31,805 nt of DNA from an archaeon (GCA_041657425.1 JBBABY010000006.1:36152-67956); one strand, 5' to 3'; numbered from the stretch's first letter, positions 1-7,567 are shown. Made by a program: numbers and translations. The notes: generated by a model not told the origin, from the letters alone.

Positions 1-354
1 ATTCCAGATAATAAAAGAATACATCGTTTAGAAATAATTATAAAAAGAAGAATTGAAGAACACTTTAAAAAGCGGTTTAAAATTATAGAACAGGAAAGAC
101 ATAGATTAATTAGAACTGGTATATTATTAGTGATTCTAGGGGTAATCATACTAACCGTAAAATACTCTACAGAAGAATTTTTTAAAAACTTAGGATTAGA
201 AATTCCACATATGCTATTAGAACCAATTAGTTGGTTTTTATTTTGGGAAGGGTCTTATTTGATGTTTTTTGAAGCAAGATCAAATAAACACGAATACAAT
301 TTTTATAAAAAAATTTCAAGAGCAAAAATTACTTTTACAAATAATGATTATTAA
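1..354 (+). CDS. 3' end of a CDS entering from upstream of the window; hypothetical membrane protein
   Basis: Frame 1 is open from base 1 (IPDNKRIHRLEIIIKRR...) to the TAA at 352-354. The ORF-track start at 130 is only the first in-frame GTG. Two hydrophobic segments (GILLVILGVIILTV, ISWFLFWEGSYLMFF). No family recognised. Confidence 0.5.
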   Translation: MPDNKRIHRLEIIIKRRIEEHFKKRFKIIEQERHRLIRTGILLVILGVIILTVKYSTEEFFKNLGLEIPHMLLEPISWFLFWEGSYLMFFEARSNKHEYNFYKKISRAKITFTNNDY

Positions 355-373
355 AAAAGGAGAATGAAAGAAT

Positions 374-820
374 ATGTTTGATTTAAAAAAAATAGTAGTT
401 GTGTTTTCTTTAGTATTGTTAATAGGCACAATTTATGCAGATGTAGATGGCTTATTTGATGATCCAAAAGATGCAAAAGAACAATATAATAGCCAAATGA
501 ATGGATTGCCTAGTTCTTTAAAAAATTTTATAGGTAATGAGAAAATCTTACTAAACATTATAGACGGGGAAAATGTTAAGTCAATAACTTTAGTTTTTAA
601 AGATGCGGTGCTTGATAGTTATTATTTAGATAATTCTGTTTCTCCAACATTAATAGTAAATGTTCCAAAAGAAACCGCAAATAGAATACTTGAAAGTAAT
701 AACAAAATTCAAGAATTAAAAATTGCATTAAAGACAAAAGAAATAACTTACAATTCAGTTGGTTTCTTTAAAAAAATAAAGTTTGGTTTTGCAAGATTTG
801 CTTTAAACTTTGTAAAATAA
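374..820 (+). CDS. hypothetical secreted or membrane-anchored protein (N-terminal signal/anchor)
   Basis: 148-aa ORF with N-terminal hydrophobic segment IVVVFSLVLLIGTIYA. GGAGA lies about 10 nt upstream of the ATG. No family recognised. Confidence 0.55.
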   Translation: MFDLKKIVVVFSLVLLIGTIYADVDGLFDDPKDAKEQYNSQMNGLPSSLKNFIGNEKILLNIIDGENVKSITLVFKDAVLDSYYLDNSVSPTLIVNVPKETANRILESNNKIQELKIALKTKEITYNSVGFFKKIKFGFARFALNFVK

Positions 821-830
821 GTAAAATATT

Positions 831-993
831 TGGGGACACTGGGATTTGAACCCAGGTCAACAGGTATCTCCTTTTTGTATCTAAGATAATTCTTAGCATA
901 CCTGTATCTTTTCAGTCATCTGTTTCTAAAAACATCCTGCACACTCCAAAAAACTGGAGCCCGTTAGGCTAGACCGGACTACCCTATGTCCCC
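831..993 (-). tRNA. tRNA-Trp (anticodon CCA) interrupted by an 88-nt intron at the canonical 37/38 position; CCA tail not encoded
   Basis: Hand-folded on the minus strand.
- Acceptor stem: GGGGACA/TGTCCCC, 7 bp.
- U8, A9.
- D-arm: GGGT-AGTCCGGTCTA-GCCT, with A14, G18G19 and A21.
- Anticodon stem: ACGGG/CCTGT.
- Anticodon loop: CU-CCA-G[intron]A.
- Variable loop: 4 nt, TGAC.
- T-arm: CTGGG-TTCAAAT-CCCAG.
- Discriminator: A73, as expected for archaeal tRNA-Trp.
Exons are 954-993 and 831-865. Confidence 0.9.
866..953 (-). other. tRNA-Trp intron (88 nt) with a canonical helix-bulge-helix-bulge-helix splice motif
   Basis: - Central 4-bp helix: C32U33C34C35 pairs with intron GGAG (intron nt 83-86).
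- Two 3-nt bulges flank it: A36-G37-U(i1) and A(i87)-U(i88)-A38.
- Outer helix: UUUUUG (i2-7) with CAAAAA (i77-82).
Cutting between the 2nd and 3rd nucleotide of each bulge gives exactly the 37/38 junction. The intron also has an internal hairpin CUAAGA-AUUA-UCUUAG. Confidence 0.8.
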
Positions 994-1091
994 TTAAGAT
1001 ATATAATTTATATTAAAAAATCTTTATATACCTGTTGCTTTTTCTTTAAAACAAAAACAATATAAAATAATGTTGGGATAATATATACGAG

Positions 1092-2087
1092 ATGATTTTA
1101 AACTATTCACACTGCTTTTCAGTTACTGACAGTAACCAGAAAGCAAATTTTGACCAAAGTAAGATTGGTGCTACAGAGGATTATAATTTAATTACTCATG
1201 GGCATAGCGATCATATATCTATAACTCCTCAAAAGATATTTACTACAAAAGAAACAAGTGCATTAATTAATTTAAGCACACAGAAAACTTTAGATTATGA
1301 GTTTGTTAATGGTCAAACTATTGACTTAACAGATAATATCCAGATGCAAGCATTAAATGCAGGACACATTTTAGGCAGTAAGATGTTTTACTTAGAAAGT
1401 AAAAACAAATCTCTTCTTTACACAGGAGATTTTAGAACACAGGATTCTCTTCTCTTAAGTGGAGCAAAGCCAATTGAAACAGACATACTTGTTCTAGAAA
1501 CCACTTTTGGAAAAAAAGAATTTGTTTTTCCAGAAAGAGAAAAAACATATCTTGACTTTGCAGAAAAGATTTCAAAGGATATAAATTCCGGTAAGCTTGT
1601 CCTCATAGGGGCATACTCGCTTGGTAAATCCCAAGAAATAATTAAGTTTGTTAATGAATATTTAGGAGAAACTCCAATCGTTACAAAGAAAGGATTTGAT
1701 TATTCAAAGGTTTATGAGGATTTTGATGTGTTTCTTGGAAACTATGATCTCCTTGATCATAACACAGACACACACAACATCTTAATTGTTCCAATGAATC
1801 TAATCAATGCGGATTTAATAAAAAGTTTAGAACACCAACAGAATAGAAAAGTCGCAAGTTACCTAGCAACAGGTTGGAATCATTATAAGTCAGGCAGATG
1901 TATTCCAATTTCAGATCATTGTGATTATCATGACCTTTTAGAATTTGTAAAAGCCACAAAAGCAAAAAAAGTATTTACAATGCATGGCTTTGCAGATGAG
2001 TTTTCAAAAACCATTTCAAAAGAATTAAGCATTTGGTCAAGACCAATAAAAGACCTTAACCAGATATCAATACATGATTTTTTATAA
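1092..2087 (+). CDS. metallo-beta-lactamase-fold, beta-CASP-type nuclease (short aCPSF-like / ligase-associated-exonuclease-like)
   Basis: - HxHxDH motif: ITHGHSDH.
- Later MBL motifs: NAGHILGS and YTGDFR.
- beta-CASP-like motifs: A (VLETTFG), B (SDHCDYHDL), C (TMHGF).
The 331-aa length fits the short beta-CASP nucleases. Confidence 0.7.
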   Translation: MILNYSHCFSVTDSNQKANFDQSKIGATEDYNLITHGHSDHISITPQKIFTTKETSALINLSTQKTLDYEFVNGQTIDLTDNIQMQALNAGHILGSKMFYLESKNKSLLYTGDFRTQDSLLLSGAKPIETDILVLETTFGKKEFVFPEREKTYLDFAEKISKDINSGKLVLIGAYSLGKSQEIIKFVNEYLGETPIVTKKGFDYSKVYEDFDVFLGNYDLLDHNTDTHNILIVPMNLINADLIKSLEHQQNRKVASYLATGWNHYKSGRCIPISDHCDYHDLLEFVKATKAKKVFTMHGFADEFSKTISKELSIWSRPIKDLNQISIHDFL

Positions 2088-2106
2088 AAATAAAAAAAAG
2101 AAAGAT

Positions 2107-2634
2107 TTAGAATAATTTTGCATTAAAGTCTTCTAGTTTCTGTGTTTCGTTTCTATCGTCTGTTCTTGATTTAAGAATAATTGAAAGTTCTTGAAGTGTT
2201 TCTTTAAAGTCAATTAAGTTAAGTGAACCTTCTTTATATCTATTAATTAAAGTGGCGTAGATTTCTGCTTGTCTTTTCTTTCCATAGGCAGTCTTAACAA
2301 GATTGTCTTGATTTAATAATTCAGTAAGAACATCAATCTTTTGTGTTTCAACAACTAATTCTTGTCTTTTATCTCTAAGGTTTGTCAACTGTCTTTCAGT
2401 TGCTCCTCTTTTCTTATAATCAATTGCCATTTGTCCATACTTTTCAATGTCTTCGTTTAATTTAGATTTGTCTGTGTATTTTTCTAAATTAAGATTTGCT
2501 CTTTTAGTAATAATTAATGCAAGATCCATTCTTGGTGTTTTTTCCATTACAGGAATTGCATTGAAGTTTTTATTTTCGTCTTCTTTAATTGTGTTTTTTT
2601 TACTACTAAATATTTCTTTTAAATTAAATGCCAT
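2107..2634 (-). CDS. hypothetical coiled-coil protein, co-directional and immediately downstream of the secretion-type ATPase
   Basis: The ORF track starts at a GTG (2643) that lies inside AAGGTGA. The ATG at 2634 sits 5 nt after GGTGA and is the more likely start. Highly charged, helical-looking, no TM segment, no recognised family. Confidence 0.55.
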   Translation of the reverse strand: MAFNLKEIFSSKKNTIKEDENKNFNAIPVMEKTPRMDLALIITKRANLNLEKYTDKSKLNEDIEKYGQMAIDYKKRGATERQLTNLRDKRQELVVETQKIDVLTELLNQDNLVKTAYGKKRQAEIYATLINRYKEGSLNLIDFKETLQELSIILKSRTDDRNETQKLEDFNAKLF

Positions 2635-2689
2635 GTTTTTCACCTTTTTTGTATATATAATATTTACAATATATATTTAATAAATCTAT

Positions 2690-4087
2690 TTATTTATTAA
2701 GAATTGTCTTATATTCAAATTCTGGACTGTGAATAACCGTTTTTAATTTTTCTCTAGTAATGTTTGGTTGATTTTTACATATTTCTTCTAAAATTCTAGA
2801 TCTATATTCTACAATACTTTTAAATTGGTTTTTAGAGATGTTTGCAATCTCGCAAAGTTTTTCTGCAAAATGCGAGGACATAATGTTAGTAGTAGTTGAT
2901 GATATTCCTGAATCTTGATAGATGTGATTTAGACTAATATTTCCCATTTTTGTAATTTCTGTAATTTGTGAAATTTTTCTAGTTAATTTTTCATTAATTA
3001 TTTTTTTATTTAATATTATTATTATATCTAATAATATAATATTTGATTCAGAAATTTCCATAGGTTTGTTTAAGAGTTTACTAACTGTGTCTTCGCTATT
3101 GTTTGAGTGTATTGTTGCAAAACAACCATTATGTCCAGTGTCCATTGCTACAAACAGTCCTTGAACTTCTTTTCCTCTAACTTCTCCTATAATAATCCTG
3201 TCTGGTCTCATTCTCATAGTATTAATGGTTATATCAAATAAACTATTTTCATTTGAAATATCAGATAACAAAGATACAGAATCATCAAAATCACTAATGT
3301 TTACTTCTGCAGTATCTTCAATTAAAACAATTCTTTCATTTTTATTAATAAAATCCAATAAGACATTAAGGAAAGTGGTTTTTCCAGAACCGGTCCCTCC
3401 ACAAACAAAAACGTTTGCTGGTCTAATTTTAAATCCATCAATAATTGTCCAAAGATATGCTGCAGTATATGAATCTAAAGTTCCAGCATTAATAAGATCA
3501 ATAATCGTAAGTGGTTTTTTTGTAAATTTTCTAATAGTTATTGCTTGAAAATTACATACGTTTTTAGAAACAATATTTAATCTAGAACCCTCTGGTAATG
3601 CTCCATCTATAAATTCTCTTTTATTGAAATTTTTATTAACTGTGTTCATTAAGAGGTCAATAAATTCATCATATTCTTTGTCTGTAAAAGACACTCCAGT
3701 TAATTCTTTATTTTGATTTCTATCAATTATAAATACTTTATCTAAATTATTAATTATTATTTCTTCAATATCTTTTGATTCAAATAATTTGGTTAATTGC
3801 TTGTAGCCTATTTGGTAATTAACAAGATATTCTGAAAATTCAGAAGTTAAGAACTCCCCATAATGTTTTTTTTCTTGTATTATTGATTCTGGAGAACCAA
3901 TCTTTTTTTGTCTATTCAGTTTTGCAATTTCTTTAATTATTTGTTCGTTATCTAGATTTGCTTTTTTAAGAATATAAGGTTCTATATCTTTTATATTAAG
4001 AGTTTTTTTTTCTAGTTTCTCTAAAATCAAATTAAATTCTTTATTTAGATATAAATATTTTTTGGTAGTTGCCATCATTAATCCCAT
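2690..4087 (-). CDS. type II/IV secretion-system-family ATPase (VirB11 / ArlI(FlaI) / PilB-like hexameric ATPase)
   Basis: - Walker A: VCGGTGSGKTTFLN.
- Walker B / Asp box: RIVLIEDTAEV.
- RPDRIIIGEVRG.
- His box: DTGHNGCFATIHSN.
465 aa. Confidence 0.85.
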   Translation of the reverse strand: MGLMMATTKKYLYLNKEFNLILEKLEKKTLNIKDIEPYILKKANLDNEQIIKEIAKLNRQKKIGSPESIIQEKKHYGEFLTSEFSEYLVNYQIGYKQLTKLFESKDIEEIIINNLDKVFIIDRNQNKELTGVSFTDKEYDEFIDLLMNTVNKNFNKREFIDGALPEGSRLNIVSKNVCNFQAITIRKFTKKPLTIIDLINAGTLDSYTAAYLWTIIDGFKIRPANVFVCGGTGSGKTTFLNVLLDFINKNERIVLIEDTAEVNISDFDDSVSLLSDISNENSLFDITINTMRMRPDRIIIGEVRGKEVQGLFVAMDTGHNGCFATIHSNNSEDTVSKLLNKPMEISESNIILLDIIIILNKKIINEKLTRKISQITEITKMGNISLNHIYQDSGISSTTTNIMSSHFAEKLCEIANISKNQFKSIVEYRSRILEEICKNQPNITREKLKTVIHSPEFEYKTILNK

Positions 4088-4177
4088 TTAATTAAATATA
4101 ATTTTGAAGATGTATTTGTTTTTAAATGTTATTATTATTAATGATATTATATAGCTTTTATTTATAATCGTGAAAAT

Positions 4178-5062
4178 ATGGACAAAACAGAAAGAAGAGA
4201 AATATTTAGTGAAATTAGTAATAATAAAGTAAAAACTTATTTTTTATTTTTAGGTTTTTTTGTATTTATAATCGTTATTGCAATTGCTTTAAAGTATATT
4301 TTTAATTTTGCAGGTTTTGGAATACTTACAATTGCTGGAATTTTCGCAATTATCTACGGATTATTTGGTTATTTTGTAGGAGACAAGATTGTTCTTTTCA
4401 CAAGTGGTGCTCATGAAGCAGATGAAAAGAAATATGTTTTTCTTCATAATGTTGTTGAAGGTCTTTCCATTTCTGCAGGAATACCAAAACCTAAAGTCTA
4501 TATCATTGAAGATAAATCTCCAAATGCATTTGCAACAGGAAGAGACCCAGAACATTCCAGTCTTGCAGTAACAACAGGCCTTTTAGAAATAATGAATAGA
4601 CAAGAATTAGAGGGAGTTGTTGCTCACGAAATGTCACACATTCAAAACAGAGACATACAAGTAATGATGGTTACTTCAATTCTTTTTGGAATAGTTTCAA
4701 TTGTTTCAGATATTGCTTTAAGAGTTTTAATCTTTGGCGGCGGTGATGATTCAGACAATAAAAGCGTTGTTGGAATAATAATTGCAGTAGTTCTTTTGAT
4801 TCTTGCTCCACTTGTTGCAATGATGATTCAACTTGCAATCTCAAGAAACAGAGAATATTTAGCAGACAGCACAGGTGCAAAATTAACAAGATACCCAAAA
4901 GGCCTTGCAGATGCTTTAAAGAAAATAGCAGCCGCTCATGAGCCCGTAAAGAACGCAAGCAAAGGAACAGCTCATCTTTACATTGCTAATCCATTAGCAG
5001 ACGGTGGCCTTTCAGGACTATTCTCCACTCACCCACCAATACAAGAAAGAATAAAAGATTAG
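4178..5062 (+). CDS. htpX: HtpX-type M48 zinc metalloprotease (membrane)
   Basis: - HExxH: VAHEMSHIQNRD.
- Downstream REYLAD glutamate motif.
- Two N-terminal and two central TM segments.
- C-terminal STHPPIQERI.
294 aa, typical HtpX architecture. Confidence 0.9.
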   Translation: MDKTERREIFSEISNNKVKTYFLFLGFFVFIIVIAIALKYIFNFAGFGILTIAGIFAIIYGLFGYFVGDKIVLFTSGAHEADEKKYVFLHNVVEGLSISAGIPKPKVYIIEDKSPNAFATGRDPEHSSLAVTTGLLEIMNRQELEGVVAHEMSHIQNRDIQVMMVTSILFGIVSIVSDIALRVLIFGGGDDSDNKSVVGIIIAVVLLILAPLVAMMIQLAISRNREYLADSTGAKLTRYPKGLADALKKIAAAHEPVKNASKGTAHLYIANPLADGGLSGLFSTHPPIQERIKD

Positions 5063-5086
5063 AAGCAATGTAAGTGAGTAGAGAAT

Positions 5087-5653
5087 ATGGAATCTAAAAA
5101 ACAGATTTGTTCAATAACATTAAATTTATTTACAAGTAATGAAATAAATAAAAATTTAGCAATTGTTTCTAAAAAATTAAAAAAAGCAGATTCTATGCAG
5201 GAAAAATATCCTGAAAAAAGTTATCATTGTACAATAAAAGGAATTGCAAATTTTCAAGGAAAGCCAAATAAAAAAATAATTTCTGATTATATTAAAAAAG
5301 TTGATTTGATTATAGATAAAATTAAATCATTCGAAATAGAAGTAAAAAATATAAGTAATTTCCCAAATGTAGTTATTGCAAAAGCTTATTCTAAAGATAA
5401 GAAATTACAAAAATATCATAATCTATTTTGTAAAACTCTCCCGGGTCAATTTCCAGAGTTTGAGAAAAAGAATTATATTCCTCACATTACAATGATGCAC
5501 ATCGTTTCTGATTCAAAGAAATTATTAGAAGAAGTAAAAAAATATAAAAATCAAGATTTTGGAAAGATGATTATTAAGGAAATACAATTAGTAAGCTATT
5601 ATCCTTCTTTTTCTGGGAAATATAAAATTATAAAAAGATATAAATTAAAGTAG
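5087..5653 (+). CDS. 2H phosphoesterase superfamily protein (LigT / 2'-5' RNA ligase-like)
   Basis: Two H-x-T/S-x motifs at the expected spacing (YHCTIKG and PHITMMH). 188 aa is the typical LigT size. Confidence 0.65.
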   Translation: MESKKQICSITLNLFTSNEINKNLAIVSKKLKKADSMQEKYPEKSYHCTIKGIANFQGKPNKKIISDYIKKVDLIIDKIKSFEIEVKNISNFPNVVIAKAYSKDKKLQKYHNLFCKTLPGQFPEFEKKNYIPHITMMHIVSDSKKLLEEVKKYKNQDFGKMIIKEIQLVSYYPSFSGKYKIIKRYKLK

Positions 5654-5658
5654 ATTTC

Positions 5659-5691
5659 GCACTGGACAGCCACCCCCCCGAAAATACCCCC
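5659..5691 (+). repeat. copy A of a 33-nt C-rich intergenic motif (GCACTGGACAG-N12-AAATACCCCC)
   Basis: GCACTGGACAGCCACCCCCCCGAAAATACCCCC. 27/33 identical to 12012-12044 in the same orientation. Lies 88 nt upstream of the antitoxin ATG. Confidence 0.8.
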
Positions 5692-5752
5692 ACTTATTTT
5701 AACCTATAGTATATTGTCTAGGCAGATCATAAATACAAATATAAATGTGTTG

Positions 5753-5768
5753 CCACATAAATATGTGG
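5753..5768. promoter_or_regulatory. inverted repeat CCACATA-AA-TATGTGG abutting the SD of the TA operon; candidate antitoxin operator (or SD-proximal hairpin)
   Basis: Perfect 7-bp arms with a 2-nt spacer, directly followed by / overlapping GGTGAT (5768-5773), with the ATG at 5779. An A/T-rich TATA-like stretch (AAATATAAAT, 5738-5747) lies just upstream. Confidence 0.45.
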
Positions 5769-5778
5769 GTGATGACAT

Positions 5779-6000
5779 ATGCCAAATATGACTTTAAGTA
5801 TTTCACAAGAAATGTATGATAGAATGAAAAATTATTCTGAAATAAAATGGAGCGAAGTTGCAAGAAAAGGATTTAAACAAAAATTAGATCAAATGGAAAT
5901 GCTTGAAAATTTAAAAGAAGTAAAACAAGCAAGAAAGGAATTTGAAGAAGGAAAAGGAATTAAATATTCTGATTTAAAAAAGGAGATGGGCAGAAAGTGA
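5779..6000 (+). CDS. type II antitoxin-like protein (RHH/CopG-like N-terminus plus charged C-terminal tail)
   Basis: - 73 aa; N-terminus TLSISQEMYDRMK...WSEVARKGF resembles ribbon-helix-helix antitoxins.
- Its TGA stop overlaps the GTG start of the RelE/ParE-like gene (GTGA at 5997-6000).
- GGTGAT SD lies 5 nt upstream. Confidence 0.65.
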   Translation: MPNMTLSISQEMYDRMKNYSEIKWSEVARKGFKQKLDQMEMLENLKEVKQARKEFEEGKGIKYSDLKKEMGRK

Positions 6001-6485
6001 TTTTCGAAATTTATATTACTGAAAAACATAAAAAGTTTCTAAAATCATTAGACAAAAAGATTGAAGATCAGATATTTAAAAAAATAGATCAATTAATAGA
6101 AAACCCAGATATAGGTAAACCACTAACAAATGAATTAAAGGGTTGTAGAAGTTTACATATTGGTAATTATAGAGTAATATATGAAATAAAAGAAGATCAA
6201 ATTTATATTTTGAGTGTTGGCCATAGAAAAAATATATACACCTATTTTAATCCAGATAAAAATGAAGAATTTACAACTGCTTTAAAATCACCAGATATGA
6301 AGTTATTTTATATAACTGCAGGAAAAGACACTAATAATAAGAAATTCATAAAGTTCATAAAAGATAAATTAGATGAATATGAAACAATAGAAGATATTGA
6401 ATATTGTAAGAAAGCAAGAAAACAAATAAAGAATGGAAAATTACTTACACACGAACAATTAATGAAAGATTTAAAATTGAAATAA
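5997..6485 (+). CDS. RelE/ParE-family toxin domain (about 85 aa) fused to a roughly 77-aa C-terminal extension homologous to the antitoxin tail
   Basis: The N-terminal part is typical of RelE/ParE and normally ends the protein: FLKSLDKKIEDQIFKKIDQLIENPDIGKPL...LKGCRSLHIGNYRVIYEIKEDQIYILSVGHRKNIY. Here 77 more residues follow. Residues 122-162 align without gaps to antitoxin residues 33-73 (15/41 identical). Confidence 0.75.
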   Translation: MIFEIYITEKHKKFLKSLDKKIEDQIFKKIDQLIENPDIGKPLTNELKGCRSLHIGNYRVIYEIKEDQIYILSVGHRKNIYTYFNPDKNEEFTTALKSPDMKLFYITAGKDTNNKKFIKFIKDKLDEYETIEDIEYCKKARKQIKNGKLLTHEQLMKDLKLK

Positions 6486-6487
6486 AC

Positions 6488-7567
6488 ATGTCTCAAGAAA
6501 TATATGATATAGTTGATCAGATGGTTAATGGTTACAATAGAAATCAAGTGTTTATTTCTAGATTAAAGACTTTTGATATAGCTAGTAAAGTTAATCCTTA
6601 CAATTCAGAAGAAAAACTAATTGAATCAATCGCTATAGATAGCAAGATTAATCTTAAAGTAGGGGGAGTGGATTCAGGCTTTGTTTCTAAGCAACTTAAT
6701 TTTGCAAATATTACAATCATCAAAGACTATGGTGTTTATTTTGAATACCAAGATGGAGAATTAAAAGACTACAAGTATTTTCCATTTCAATATAATCTTC
6801 CAAAACCTTATCTCTCTAGTTCCTCTCTTGAGCTTGAAGAAATAATGTGGAACACCTCAATTTTACGATTAGGAAAAGAATTAGATGCAACCTCACTAAT
6901 TCTTGGACAGACTGCTCCTCAACTTCTTTTGCTTGATGGTTCAATTATCCCACAATATATTAACAAGCCAACAAAGGATTGTCCAGAGAAAAAGAAATAT
7001 ACTTCTTTAATTTCAAAGTTTCAAAGTCTTTACAAAGAGGCAAGAGATAGAAAAATATTCTTGGCAGGTTGTATAGAAGACTGTAGAGCAAGTCGTTTCT
7101 TCACAGTCTTAAAAGATGAAGTCTTTCAAGATAAATCAATTGAGTTTGAATTATTTGATTCTTTCCTTGTCTTTTCAATCCTAGAGGAAAACCAAAGAAC
7201 AGGTATCTTCAAATATTCCAAGGATCCAAAGTCTCATCCAATCCTTGCAGATTTTCCTGAAGACATAAGAGATAATCTTTATTGTTGTTACTTGAAGCTT
7301 TCCAATCATGATTATCCACTAAGAATTGAGTTTATTTACTTTAAGGAGTTTGGATTGTCTCTCAAAAACTACACAGAAGAGCTAGTTAAGATGATATCAA
7401 GCATCTCTTCTTTCAACAAAACCTATACCTACCCTTCAGTTCTAGTTGAAGCAGACTTAAGAAGCAGATTAACAATCCAAGAGATAGATCTAATAACAAA
7501 CAAGATTCTAGAAAAGACAAGAAACTATGGCTTTAGAGTCCCAAGAAGAGAGTCTAGATTATTCTAG
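6488..7567 (+). CDS. nurA: NurA-domain (RNase H-like fold) nuclease, stand-alone
   Basis: - 359 aa, with the two acidic beta-strand motifs remembered from NurA: KVGGVDSGF (D62) and PQLLLLDGSIIPQY (D150).
- The size matches crenarchaeal/euryarchaeal NurA.
- The start ATG is 2 nt after the toxin stop, with no SD, implying translational coupling.
The assignment is from motif memory only. Confidence 0.6.
   Translation: MSQEIYDIVDQMVNGYNRNQVFISRLKTFDIASKVNPYNSEEKLIESIAIDSKINLKVGGVDSGFVSKQLNFANITIIKDYGVYFEYQDGELKDYKYFPFQYNLPKPYLSSSSLELEEIMWNTSILRLGKELDATSLILGQTAPQLLLLDGSIIPQYINKPTKDCPEKKKYTSLISKFQSLYKEARDRKIFLAGCIEDCRASRFFTVLKDEVFQDKSIEFELFDSFLVFSILEENQRTGIFKYSKDPKSHPILADFPEDIRDNLYCCYLKLSNHDYPLRIEFIYFKEFGLSLKNYTEELVKMISSISSFNKTYTYPSVLVEADLRSRLTIQEIDLITNKILEKTRNYGFRVPRRESRLF

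Noticed and set aside
994-1035. Specific TATA/BRE promoter call for tRNA-Trp
   Set aside because: The region is almost pure A/T, with several overlapping TATA-like words (TATATAAA, AATATAAA). No single box can be placed confidently without TSS data.
2107-2634. ESCRT-III/Snf7- or PspA-like identity for the coiled-coil protein
   Set aside because: The only evidence is a vague heptad and charge pattern, with no diagnostic motif and no Vps4/CdvA context. It is reported as hypothetical only.
2690-4087. Could this ATPase be the missing HerA partner of the NurA-like gene?
   Set aside because: Its motifs are those of the VirB11/PilB/ArlI secretion ATPase family (GGTGSGKTT, IEDTAE, and a His box GHNGCFATIHSN), not HerA/FtsK. 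It is also 2.4 kb away on the opposite strand.
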